Assembly: GCA_963803975.1 (NCBI GenBank)
Contig: CAWDOY010000054.1
Location: 1-64,000 of the forward strand
Direction: 5' to 3'
DNA from: an uncultured delta proteobacterium
GTDB lineage: Bacteria; Desulfobacterota; WTBG01; CAIYCZ01
Length of the DNA stretch: 64,000 nt
Shown: positions 53,153-62,864 of the stretch, in pieces
Layout: the number at the start of each line of letters is the position of its first letter
Numbering within the stretch: the stretch's first letter is position 1
Position numbers and translations under genes: made by a program
The notes under the pieces: generated by a model
Told to the model about the DNA's origin: nothing
Databases searched by the model: none
What the model saw: only the letters and a program-made list of their open reading frames with translations

Positions 53153-53194
53153 TTTATTAGGGACACCCTATTTTAAATAGATGTCCCTAATAAA
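53153..53194. repeat. GGGACA/TGTCCC hairpin element
   Basis: 13-bp arms tttattagggaca / tgtccctaataaa with inner ctattt/aaatag stem. Confidence 0.75.
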
Positions 53195-53351
53195 TCCCTC
53201 GCAGTCAGTCTATCTTGTTTCTCTCCTGCGGTGTATTCAAGCCCCGCGTACCGAACGAAAACGATATTCCGCTCTTGCTGATGTTCAGATAAACGCCGGG
53301 AAATATTTTTATCCTTCGCCAAAATCTTAAATACCCCACTAGACATTCCCC

Positions 53352-53705
53352 CTATACCCTGTATAAAAAGTTCTCTAAAACAAATATCTTGCGCCTCCTG
53401 AAGAAAACCGGGCTTTCCACGATAGCAATAGCCTTCAGACTTTCCATTCCAGACAAAAACCACGGTTCTTTTAACGAAGGAACGGCCCACACCCATGCCG
53501 GGGCTTCAAGCCTCATTTCATCACAAAGATATTCAATGGTTGAAGCAAGCAGCGCATCAAAGCGCCTGTCAGTAAGCGCAAATGGTTTTTCTACCGCCTT
53601 CAGGTCTTTATTGCGCCTGAAATCATCAACAAAGTCCATGAACTGAACTTGCCAATATCGCTTATTTTTCTCTATATTTTTCTTTGCTTGCCGGATGGTA
53701 ATCAT
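53352..53705 (-). CDS. Hypothetical partner protein of the nucleotidyltransferase
   Basis: ATGA overlap with upstream gene; DALLASTIEYL..PAWV..PWF..ESPVFFRRRKIF. Confidence 0.65.
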   Translation of the reverse strand: MITIRQAKKNIEKNKRYWQVQFMDFVDDFRRNKDLKAVEKPFALTDRRFDALLASTIEYLCDEMRLEAPAWVWAVPSLKEPWFLSGMESLKAIAIVESPVFFRRRKIFVLENFLYRV

Positions 53706-54247
53706 TTGCCAAATAACTCTTCTATAAAAAACTGCGTTGCTGGCTTTATCTGCTTTTTGGGATAGTATTTTTCAAGCATGTCGAACACTTCTTGCGCTGA
53801 TTTTATGCCCAGTTTGCGAATGAGAAATTTAATATCCTGTTTGTCCCTTGTATCCACTCTGGCTGCCATTGACTTCATAGCCAAAATGTATTCAGGATCG
53901 GCAACATGCACTTTTAGATTAGACCAGTTAAATAAAACCGTTCTCGGATGCTTAACCAGAAACCCCTTGACTGCATCATTGAGCCAGTCTTTAGGCAGTC
54001 TGTTTTCTTCTGCAACCTTTTTAGCCGCCCCTCGTATCTTTTGAGAAGGTTCAAACACTGCATCAACGTCCTTCGTGTTCGGTCTTGCATTATACGCCAG
54101 GCACATGACCGCACCGCCATATAAACACATTTCTCCTTTTACGCCGTCCGCAGACAGCAGATCGTTCAGCCTTTGCAGATACTTTTTAATTTCCCGGCTA
54201 TTCATAAAATCATTCTCCCGATCTTTATCAACGCTATGCCCTCCCAT
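53702..54247 (-). CDS. DUF6036/AbiEii-like nucleotidyltransferase
   Basis: LYGGAVM, RPNTKDVDA, WLND, ILAMK..R..DKQD. Confidence 0.75.
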   Translation of the reverse strand: MGGHSVDKDRENDFMNSREIKKYLQRLNDLLSADGVKGEMCLYGGAVMCLAYNARPNTKDVDAVFEPSQKIRGAAKKVAEENRLPKDWLNDAVKGFLVKHPRTVLFNWSNLKVHVADPEYILAMKSMAARVDTRDKQDIKFLIRKLGIKSAQEVFDMLEKYYPKKQIKPATQFFIEELFGK

Positions 54248-54348
54248 TCTCCCTCACCAGTAATTTCCTGTCAAGACAAAGCATCAGCCAAGCATCGGAA
54301 CAATTTTATTCGCGGAAAATGGGGGGCAGGTCTTGGCCTGTGAATTGT

Positions 54349-55701
54349 TTATCTGTTGATAGCCTCTGCAATAGCCTGCGCAAACTCACTCAGCGTATCA
54401 TCCCGCGCGCCCATCACCGCGATAACATCACCGGCCGTTACTATCCCTGCAACCTGCTCAATAACCTCTTTTCTCCCGGCAGCGCAGTAAGTCTTCGGGC
54501 CATGGATTTTTTGCGCCAGGTCAGCTGAAGTGATGCTCCGGTCCGCGGTCCCACCGGCATCATAGATAGGAAGCAGAAACAATAAATCAGAAGAATTGAG
54601 AGAAGCGGAAAAGGAAGCGGCAAGCTCGCTCAACAGAAACCGGGTCGGGCCGTAGCCGTGGGGCTGAAATATAACAATAAGCCGCTCTCCCATAGACCTG
54701 AGGGCTGCTATGGATGAAGCAATCTTGTCCGGGTTGTGGGCAAAGTCATCTATGACGGTGATGCCATGTTCCCTGGTAATAATGTCAAGCCGTCTCCTGA
54801 TTCCGGCAAACGAGCTGATCCCTTCCTGTATTGCTTTCACGGGTAGGCCTAAAACCAGACCTACCGCAATAGCAGCTGCGGCATTGTAAACATTATGCAG
54901 GCCGGGCGCTGAGAGATGAAACGAGTTTCCCTGCATTTCAAATGTTGTGCCATGCGCGCTGTGCTGCACCTTATCCACGATAATCCGGTTGGCGGTTTTC
55001 ATGCCGAAGGTTATGGCTTTGCTGATACCAAGAGCGCGGATTTCACGGTCATCACCGTTTACAATCAATGTATCAGTGGTGCTCCCGGCAAAGGCTTGAA
55101 ACAGCTGTCGCAGTTCGCCAAGCTCTTTATGGTCTTTTGAGATGTTCGTGATCACCCCGACGCGCGGGCGGAACTTGACAATGCTGCCGTCGCTTTCATC
55201 GGTTTCGATGAGGACAATATCTGAAGTACCTCCCTTGGCATTACCGATACGCGCGGGGGATTCATACTGCCTGATGATGCCGCCGTTAATCACCGTGGGG
55301 TCCTTGCCCGCGGCATCAAGCACGGAGGCGGTCATGCCGGTAACAGTGGTCTTGCCGCTGGTGCCGGCAATGGCGATGCCGTAGCCGGAGTTAAAGAGCT
55401 GCGCGAGAAGATCTGCCCGGTGCATGATTGGAATAGACAATGACCGCGCCTGCTCGAGCTCCCTGTTTTGCGCTTCAATGGCCGTGGAAACGACCAGCGT
55501 GTCAAGGTCCGCGGTGATGCCGCTGCCATCCTGGGGAAACAGGAAGATTCCAAGGCCCTGCAGTTTTTCGAACAGCGCAGCATTCGTGCCCCGGTCAAAG
55601 CTGCGGTCAGACCCGCCAACCCAATTCCCGCGTTGCCGGAATATTTGCGCCAGGGGGTTCATGCCGCTGCCCCCGATGCCGACGAAGTAATATTTTTTCA
55701 C
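54349..55701 (-). CDS. murC: UDP-N-acetylmuramate--L-alanine ligase-like Mur ligase
   Basis: GIGGSGM, AGTSGKTTVT, ETDESDG, DDFAHNP, FQPHGY. Confidence 0.75.
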   Translation of the reverse strand: MKKYYFVGIGGSGMNPLAQIFRQRGNWVGGSDRSFDRGTNAALFEKLQGLGIFLFPQDGSGITADLDTLVVSTAIEAQNRELEQARSLSIPIMHRADLLAQLFNSGYGIAIAGTSGKTTVTGMTASVLDAAGKDPTVINGGIIRQYESPARIGNAKGGTSDIVLIETDESDGSIVKFRPRVGVITNISKDHKELGELRQLFQAFAGSTTDTLIVNGDDREIRALGISKAITFGMKTANRIIVDKVQHSAHGTTFEMQGNSFHLSAPGLHNVYNAAAAIAVGLVLGLPVKAIQEGISSFAGIRRRLDIITREHGITVIDDFAHNPDKIASSIAALRSMGERLIVIFQPHGYGPTRFLLSELAASFSASLNSSDLLFLLPIYDAGGTADRSITSADLAQKIHGPKTYCAAGRKEVIEQVAGIVTAGDVIAVMGARDDTLSEFAQAIAEAINR

Positions 55702-55792
55702 TGGTATGAGCTCTGATAATCATTCATAATAATACAATATAACCCTGGCAGCGTATTTTTTTATCTGAGATTGCTTCGCCCGACTTTATCGT

Positions 55793-55837
55793 ACACCCCC
55801 CTTCGTCCCCCCTTTATAGGGGGGATGCAGAGGGGTC
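55793..55837. repeat. C/G-tract palindromic intergenic repeat (copy 3)
   Basis: acaccccccttcgtcccccctttataggggggatgcagaggggtc, similar to 9809-9856. Confidence 0.65.
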
Positions 55838-55952
55838 CTGAAAGATAAGCAATTCAAACATGACTGAAATTGTTTTTGCAAGGTAAATCTGCGAGGTGAG
55901 GTTGAATAAACAATGAATGCAGCAGGCAAACACATTGCTATGATGAACCGTT

Positions 55953-57392
55953 ATGCATACTAACTTCAAACGCTTTGTTTTAGCTGTTATTCTAACCACT
56001 GCTTTTGCAGCTGCAGGGCTGTGCATGGAGCCGCCCGGGCCCGGAGAAATTAAAAAATACCGGGCTGACGGCTCCCTGTCTGAACGCCAGGTTTTTATGC
56101 AGCGCCTGGGAAACCATCGTTTCCCTCCCGTGCTGGTTGAGCGCAAAATTGCCCGGCTCAATGCCGGTAAACAGATACAGCCCCGGTCACTCCCCTATGC
56201 GACCGGACTTCCCTCTCATGGCGCGCCAAAAATATTTATCCTGCTGATTGACTTTCAGGGTTACCCCCACAACAATGAGCCGTCTGTTTTCTCAAGTAAA
56301 ATTTTTGGCAATGGAGAACCGGGCGAGTATCCCTATGAGAGCCTGAGGAATTTTTATCAGCGGTCTTCCTATGGAGCTCTTGATATTCAGGGCTCGGTGT
56401 CCGGCTGGTACACCGCACGGCTGAGAAGATTTTTCTATGGCAATGGGCGAAACTCGCTGTGGGGCATATGGGGGGTCAAAGCGCTCATTAAAGAGGCGCT
56501 CAGGTATTATGAGCCAGTGGTTGATTTTTCGCAGTTTGATAGCGACGGCGACGGGGTGATTGACTACTTCTGCGTTATCTGGACCGGGCCCAATACCGGC
56601 TGGGGATCGCTCTGGTGGGGATGGTGTGACACCACTAAGTTTTTTTTCGGCAATGATCCGTTCACGGTTGACGGCAAACGGCTCGGGGTTTTTTCCTGGC
56701 AGCCGGAGCAGCGGGTGCGCTCTGAAGAAACAATCTTCACCCCACTTACCATCATCCATGAGACCGGTCATGCCCTGGGGCTGCCCGACCTTTATGATTA
56801 CGATGGAACCCAGGGGCCCAACGGCGGCCTCGGCGGGCTTGATATGATGGATGCAACCCAGTTCGACCACAACGCGTTCAGCAAATGGATGCTTGACTGG
56901 GCTGCGCCAGCTGTTATTATTGACGGCACTCAGTCGCTGACGCTCAGGCCTGCTGATACCTATAATGACTGCGTGGCACTAATGCCGGGAAAGAAGCCAT
57001 TAGCGCCGTTTACGGAATTCTTCATGGTGCAGTACCGCACCTTCGGCCTGGGTAATGATTTTTTCTTTCCCGGAAGCGGACTGACTATCTGGCATGTAGA
57101 CGGGCGGCTCAACAGCGAGGGCACTGATTTTCTGTATGACAACAGCTATACCGGCCACAAGCTGCTGCGGCTCATGGAAGCAGACGGCCGGGAAGAAATT
57201 GAACGCGGTGACGGGAAGGCTGACGCAGAGGATTTTTTTGTGCCGTTTTCAGGGCGCGCGTTTTCCCCTCAGTCAAATCCCGGCAGTAATAACTATGCCG
57301 GCATTCCTACCGGCATAGCAATAACCGGCATCACCGGGGATTATTTCAGCAGCCGGCGGATGGGATTCAATCACCGCGGACTTCTCCATTGA
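55953..57392 (+). CDS. Secreted M6 family (immune inhibitor A-like) metalloprotease
   Basis: Signal peptide, SLRNFYQRSSYG, FDSDGDGVID, HETGHALGLPDLYD, IWHVD. Confidence 0.88.
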   Translation: MHTNFKRFVLAVILTTAFAAAGLCMEPPGPGEIKKYRADGSLSERQVFMQRLGNHRFPPVLVERKIARLNAGKQIQPRSLPYATGLPSHGAPKIFILLIDFQGYPHNNEPSVFSSKIFGNGEPGEYPYESLRNFYQRSSYGALDIQGSVSGWYTARLRRFFYGNGRNSLWGIWGVKALIKEALRYYEPVVDFSQFDSDGDGVIDYFCVIWTGPNTGWGSLWWGWCDTTKFFFGNDPFTVDGKRLGVFSWQPEQRVRSEETIFTPLTIIHETGHALGLPDLYDYDGTQGPNGGLGGLDMMDATQFDHNAFSKWMLDWAAPAVIIDGTQSLTLRPADTYNDCVALMPGKKPLAPFTEFFMVQYRTFGLGNDFFFPGSGLTIWHVDGRLNSEGTDFLYDNSYTGHKLLRLMEADGREEIERGDGKADAEDFFVPFSGRAFSPQSNPGSNNYAGIPTGIAITGITGDYFSSRRMGFNHRGLLH

Positions 57393-57485
57393 AGCCCCGG
57401 ATAAATGAAACGCGCGAAGGTTAAGAGACCGCGAACCCGATATTTAATCAACAGATTCGATAGAACTAGACTCTTTACGACAGTA

Positions 57486-58598
57486 ATGGCATCAGCTCAT
57501 CTGGATTCTATTTTACAAAAGGCGGTAAGCGGGAAACGTCTTTCCCGTGATGAAGGCCTTGCCCTGCTCAAGTCTTCAGAACTGCTTTCCCTGGGCAAGG
57601 CAGCGCACGCAATGAAACTGCAGAAGACCGGGCAGCAGGTTTTCTTTAATGTAAACTGCCATATCAATCTCACCAATATCTGCGTGTCACGCTGTAAATT
57701 CTGCGCGTTCAGCTGCGGCAAGGAGGATGCGCGCGCCTACACCATGACGGTAGAGGATGTGATGGAGCGGGCCCGCGCGGCACTTCCCGCCGGCATAACA
57801 GAGTTTCATATCGTGAGCGGCCTGCATCCTGACCTGCCGTTCAGCTATTACGCGGATGTCATCAAAACACTTAAAACCGCTTTTCCTGACATTCATATCC
57901 AGGCATTCACCGCGGTTGAGATAAAATACTTTTCTGATATTTCCGGGCTGTCAGTGGAAGAGGTGCTCACGCAGCTTAAAACCGCGGGCCTCGGGTCCAT
58001 GCCCGGCGGCGGTGCTGAAGTGTTGAGCACGCGCATACGCGATGAACTCTGCCCGAAGAAAGCCTCGGCAGATGAATGGCTGCAGGTGATGAAATGCGCC
58101 CACGGGCTCGGGCTCAAGTCAAATGCCACTATGCTCTATGGTCATATAGAAACCGATGAAGAGAGTGATTGATCATCTGCTGAAACTGCGGAGAACTGCA
58201 GGATGAGACCGGCAGGATTTCAGTCGTTTATCCCTTTGCCGTTTCACCCCGGAAACACCGAGCTATCCTATATGCAAAAGCCGCGGGCCTATGAAGAGCT
58301 GAAACTGTACGCTGTGTCGCGGCTGATGCTCGATAACTTCACACACATCAAGGCATTCTGGATCATGGTGGGGCTGCCGGTTGCCCAGCTGGCGCTGAAG
58401 TTCGGCGTTGATGACCTGGACGGAACGGTCGCTGAAGAGAAAATAACTCATGCAGCGGGAGCCCAGACCGCGACCGCCATTGCCAAAGATGACCTCATGC
58501 GCATGATCCGTGAATCGGGCAACATTCCTGTGGAGCGCGATACGCTGTATAAGGTGATAAAAATTTATAGCGATGAAGCGGTCAGCTTTCAGCATTAA
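57486..58598 (+). CDS. mqnE: Aminofutalosine synthase (radical SAM; frameshifts near 58165-58200)
   Basis: NLTNICVSRCKFCAF, HIVSGLHP, HIKAFW, DDLDGTV.EEKI.HAAGA, VERDTLY. Confidence 0.9.
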
Positions 58599-58645
58599 GC
58601 ACAAAACAAAAAACTGATGGCTGATGGCTAACAGCTGAGGACTAC

Positions 58646-59476
58646 GTGATGCTTCCCCGCGTCGGACATATTCAGTTTCTTAACTGCCTGCCGCTCTACT
58701 ACGGACTGGTGAAAAACGGCGTGCTGCCTGAAATCGAGCTCTATAAAAACACGCCGACCGAACTTTCCCAGCGCCTGCTGCGCGGAGAGCTTGATATCAG
58801 TCCCATTCCGGCCATTGAGTACGCACGGCATGCCGCAGAGCTGCTGCTGCTGCCGCGGCTGACCGTCAGCTCTGATGGCAGAGTTTTGAGTATCCTGTTG
58901 GTGAGCAAAGTTCCCGCTGAAGAGCTCACCGGAAGACCGGTGGCACTGGCAAACACCTCTGCCACTTCCCAGGTGCTCACAAAGATCATTCTCAAAGACA
59001 GATACGCGGTGGCTCCCCGGTACTTTGAGAGCCCCCCGGATCTTGCCCAGATGTTCATGGAGGCAGACGCAGGACTGCTGATTGGAGATGATGCCCTGCG
59101 CACGTTTATCAAGCCTAAGAAATATCATGTGTATGACCTGGGTGAAGAATGGCGCCTGCTCACCGCTAAAAAGATGGTCTATGCGGTCTGGGCAGTCAGA
59201 AGAGCCTATGCCCGCCAGCACCCGGAGGCGGTGAAAGCCGTGTACCATGCTTTTGTGCAGTCAATGGAGCACAGCCTGCAGCAGGCCGCCACCATTGCCC
59301 GTGACGTATCGCAATGGAGCCCTTTTTCCGCGCGCTTTTTAAAGAACTATTTCACGGGACTCAGGTTTGAATTTGGCGCCGACTATCAGGACGGCTATGG
59401 CGAATTCCTGCGCAGAGCACGCAACCTGGGCGCCATTACAGAAGTCCCAACATTAGAATTTGTGGATGTAGCGTGA
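58646..59476 (+). CDS. mqnA: Chorismate dehydratase
   Basis: GHIQFLNCLPLY, SATS, LLIGDDAL, DLGEEW, VYAVW. Confidence 0.9.
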   Translation: MMLPRVGHIQFLNCLPLYYGLVKNGVLPEIELYKNTPTELSQRLLRGELDISPIPAIEYARHAAELLLLPRLTVSSDGRVLSILLVSKVPAEELTGRPVALANTSATSQVLTKIILKDRYAVAPRYFESPPDLAQMFMEADAGLLIGDDALRTFIKPKKYHVYDLGEEWRLLTAKKMVYAVWAVRRAYARQHPEAVKAVYHAFVQSMEHSLQQAATIARDVSQWSPFSARFLKNYFTGLRFEFGADYQDGYGEFLRRARNLGAITEVPTLEFVDVA

Positions 59477-60543
59477 GTCAATTAGGAGCTATTTATAAAA
59501 AGACGCACCGCCGGCAGCGGATTACTGATGAAGATGCGCGGCAGCTGTTCAAAGAGGCCGACCTCCTGACACTCGGGCAGTGCGCCCAGCAGGGTGCTGC
59601 TTTTTTTCATCCAGACCCGCTGGTAACATTTATCATTGACCGCAATATCAATTACACGAACGTCTGCACCAGCAGGTGCCGGTTCTGTGCCTTCTACCGG
59701 GATGAGTCAAGCCCGGAGGCATACCTGTTAAGCCATGAGGAAATTATAGCAAAGGCAGCAGAAGCTGTTTCCCGCGGTGCCACCCAGATTATGCTGCAGG
59801 GCGGGCTGCATCCCTCTTTGTCCCTGGACTATATTGTGGGGCTGGTGCGGAAAATAAAAGAGCGCTTCAGCGTTACTGTCCATTCATTTTCTCCTCCGGA
59901 GATTATGCATTTCGCGCAACGCTCCGGGCTGCACGTTGAGGCTGTTTTAAAATGTCTCCGCGAGGCCGGTCTTGACTCGCTGCCCGGCGGCGGCGCGGAA
60001 ATTCTTTCTGACCGGGTGCGCAGCATGGTGAGCCCCTGCAAGATAAAGTCCGCAGAGTGGCTTAGCGTCATGGAAACAGCGCATGCCATGGGGATGAAAA
60101 CAACCGCTACCATGATGATCGGCAGCGTTGAAACCTGCGAGGAACGCATAGAGCACCTGCGCCGCATACGTGACCTGCAGGATAAAACCGGCGGGTTCAG
60201 GGCCTTTATTCCCTGGAGCTTTAAAACCGCGCACACCGAACTGGGCGGCGGGGAAATATCAGCCCTCGACTATCTCAGGACCCTTGCCATTTCCCGCATC
60301 TATCTTGATACCATTGAGAACATCCAGGGCTCCTGGGTAACCCAGGGCCCGGATATTGGTCAGATAACGCTCTCTTTTGGGGCCAATGACCTGGGAAGTA
60401 TTATGCTTGAGGAAAATGTGGTGCGGGCTGCGGGCGCTTCCTACAGCCTTACGGAAGAAGAGATGGTCAGCCTGATTTGCACGGCAGAAAAAATTCCTGC
60501 ACAGAGAAATACCGAATATAAAATTATTAAGCGCTACCCATGA
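59473..60543 (+). CDS. mqnC: Cyclic dehypoxanthinyl futalosine synthase
   Basis: DRNINYTNVC..CRFCAFY, MLQGGLHP, SWVTQG, GSIMLEENVV. Confidence 0.93.
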   Translation: MSQLGAIYKKTHRRQRITDEDARQLFKEADLLTLGQCAQQGAAFFHPDPLVTFIIDRNINYTNVCTSRCRFCAFYRDESSPEAYLLSHEEIIAKAAEAVSRGATQIMLQGGLHPSLSLDYIVGLVRKIKERFSVTVHSFSPPEIMHFAQRSGLHVEAVLKCLREAGLDSLPGGGAEILSDRVRSMVSPCKIKSAEWLSVMETAHAMGMKTTATMMIGSVETCEERIEHLRRIRDLQDKTGGFRAFIPWSFKTAHTELGGGEISALDYLRTLAISRIYLDTIENIQGSWVTQGPDIGQITLSFGANDLGSIMLEENVVRAAGASYSLTEEEMVSLICTAEKIPAQRNTEYKIIKRYP

Positions 60544-60563
60544 GCAACAACAGGGCACGGAAC

Positions 60564-61139
60564 TTAGTTTAATTCAAACCGCATGCTCATGGTTACCGGG
60601 AAGTCAGGATTTCCGATCGGCAGAATAAAGCCGGTTACCAGTATTGCCTGCGCTGCAACTATCCCCTGTATACCGCCGCCGCTGAACGGCATTGCCGGTA
60701 TCTCTCTGCTGGCGCTGACGGTATCAGAGCTGTATGAGTAGTTTACAAAAAACGAGTTGGCAATTTTTTGTGTGAGGTTTTCGTCGCTGGCAAAGAGCAG
60801 ATGGTCGATGAGACCAATAAATCCGGTCGTAGCAAAAACAAGCTCTGCCCCGTCGCCGATAGAATCAGTGACAGCAGCAGAAAATTTAAACGTAGGATTG
60901 ACCGGGTTTCCGTCCTGATCTGTTTTAGTGACGAGCCCAAACATATGCACCACCGCCGTGTGCACCTGTCCCCAGTCCAGATCATAGGCAATGGTTTTGC
61001 TGTGTCCCGGGGTCAGGACAATATAGTGGACATTCGTCAGATCAAGGTTGTCTGCAGCTGTGGCAGGGGGGCCGCACAGCAGCGCAAGAGCGAATATGAT
61101 AGTTATAATGACACGTTTTGTTATTATGATATTCTTCAT
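60564..61139 (-). CDS. Hypothetical secreted protein
   Basis: Signal peptide ending ATA-A, AAGGAG ribosome-binding site, no recognised domain. Confidence 0.6.
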   Translation of the reverse strand: MKNIIITKRVIITIIFALALLCGPPATAADNLDLTNVHYIVLTPGHSKTIAYDLDWGQVHTAVVHMFGLVTKTDQDGNPVNPTFKFSAAVTDSIGDGAELVFATTGFIGLIDHLLFASDENLTQKIANSFFVNYSYSSDTVSASREIPAMPFSGGGIQGIVAAQAILVTGFILPIGNPDFPVTMSMRFELN

Positions 61140-61390
61140 AGCAGAGCTCCTTTATTAAACAGGGGATGTACGCAGTTGTAAATTATGTATTTTTTTAAGT
61201 TTTAAAATTATTTCTTAATATGTCAACAAGAAACACTACTGGATGGAGAAATAATATTGGCATTAAATTTCGGCTATCCCCCGTACCAGAGAATACTTTA
61301 CCATAATAACTGACGAATCTATTAAAAGTTTCTTTGAATCTTATATTTTAAACCACGCAATTTTCAGACCCGCACGCACGGAGAGGTACT

Positions 61391-61984
61391 ATGTCTCGAA
61401 TTCTTGGCATATGTGGCAGCGCACGAAAAAACGGCAACACGGCAACCCTGCTGCGGGCGGTACTGGATGCAGCAGGGATTGAAAGCGAGCTTATTTTTCT
61501 TTCAGATCTTGCCATCGGTTTTTGTACCGGATGCCTGAGCTGCGTAAAACATAAGGGAGTGTGCGTAAAAAAGGATGATATGCCGGGGCTCCTGGAAAAA
61601 ATGCTTGCCGCGCAGGCGCTGGTGCTCGGCTCGCCAAACTATTATTATGATGTGTCCGGCCTGATGAAGAATATGATTGACCGCAGCATTGCTTCAAGCT
61701 ACCGGGGCATCGGAGAATATACGGGCATGGCATGGCACGGCTGGCAGCCGTTTACTGGCAAGGCGGGCGGCATGGTTCTGTGCCAGGCTGCATTCGGCGC
61801 GGAGAAGGCGCTTGAGACCTTTAAATGTTTTGCCGAGTATTCCGGGCTGAATCTGATCGGCGAAGTGATTGCCTCGACGGGCAATCAGCCGGTAAGCGAG
61901 TTCCCCGAATATATCGAGGCGGCGCAGAAGCTGGGGGCGTTGATCAGAGAAGCAGTTGTGCGCACCCGCTGCCAAACGGAGTGA
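61391..61984 (+). CDS. Iron-sulfur flavoprotein / flavodoxin family
   Basis: GSARKNGNT, CTGCLSC..C, GSPNY, MKNMIDR. Confidence 0.88.
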   Translation: MSRILGICGSARKNGNTATLLRAVLDAAGIESELIFLSDLAIGFCTGCLSCVKHKGVCVKKDDMPGLLEKMLAAQALVLGSPNYYYDVSGLMKNMIDRSIASSYRGIGEYTGMAWHGWQPFTGKAGGMVLCQAAFGAEKALETFKCFAEYSGLNLIGEVIASTGNQPVSEFPEYIEAAQKLGALIREAVVRTRCQTE

Positions 61985-62038
61985 ACTCATCGCATCGCCT
62001 GCCGTCAGGCACGCCCGAGCGTTATTCATTATGCCTGC

Positions 62039-62455
62039 TCACGCAGAGTCCCCGGGTTTGGCGTCGAGGGGCTCAACATGGATGTGTACGCTGTCCACCC
62101 TGGTGAAGTTTTTTTTGATCCGCCGGGAGATATTTTTTGAGAGCTTTTCAATCCGCTCACTTCCGTAGTTTCCCTTCAGCCCGCAGTGCAGAAATACTGA
62201 TACCTTTTCCCCCTGGCGGTAAATTTTTATGTCATGGCAGTTAAGCTTATCCGGGGCTTTATTGATCATCTCATCCAGCCTGCCGATCAGGTCTGCACTC
62301 TGCCCGGTGACGTCCTGAGCAACAATATGCCGCTGCCTGGCGGTTTCAAACGTAACATTCACGTCTTGCACATCCGGCAGCTGCTGCTGAATCAGTGCGG
62401 TTATTTCATGTGACAGCTCATGAGACTGCTCAAGGCTCAAATGGCATCCAGTCCC
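62039..62455 (-). pseudogene. C-terminal remnant of a cation diffusion facilitator (repeated ZT_dimer-like domains)
   Basis: LEQSHELSHEI, CHDIKI, VHIHVEP; no TM domain or credible start upstream. Confidence 0.65.
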
Positions 62456-62756
62456 TTCTTTCCCTGTGAAATTTTATACGGTACATCCGATCTGTCAGTT
62501 CTTCACGGCCATACAACTGCTCAAATACTTTTCTTGACTCTTTTCTCTTCCTGGTGTTTACTTTCATTAGTGGCTCGTTTCTGTTTTAAGGTGTCCGTGG
62601 ATTTATGCCACGGGAGAGCCACTACCTAAAATTTCAACTAAAAATAATATATCAGCTCCCTAAAGTGTAGATGCGTACAATGGCTGACTATTCCAATCAA
62701 GCATGAACCGCATAATCGTAATTTGGCAGAGATCTGTTATCTAAAATAATTAGGCT

Positions 62757-62831
62757 TGCTTGGAACAGGCCGTCTCTTAAGAGAGGAGCCGGGCTTTTAT
62801 CCGGGCAGCGGAATACTCGCGGGACAAAGCA
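62757..62831 (+). ncRNA. Probable NiCo (czcD motif) metal-sensing riboswitch
   Basis: GAACAGGC-[stem]-GAGCCGG-[stem]-GGCAGCG-[stem]-GCGGGACA four-way junction pattern upstream of a cation P-type ATPase, with overlapping terminator. Confidence 0.75.
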
Positions 62832-62849
62832 TCCTGCGGGTATTTTTTT
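62812..62849 (+). terminator. Riboswitch expression-platform terminator
   Basis: aatactcgcggga / tcctgcgggtatt stem (two G-U pairs) followed by T-tract. Confidence 0.8.
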
Positions 62850-62864
62850 ATGTAAGGGGTCGTA

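Noticed and set aside
53173..53496. 107-aa minus-strand ORF
   Set aside because: Overlaps the partner gene out of frame and has no recognisable motif
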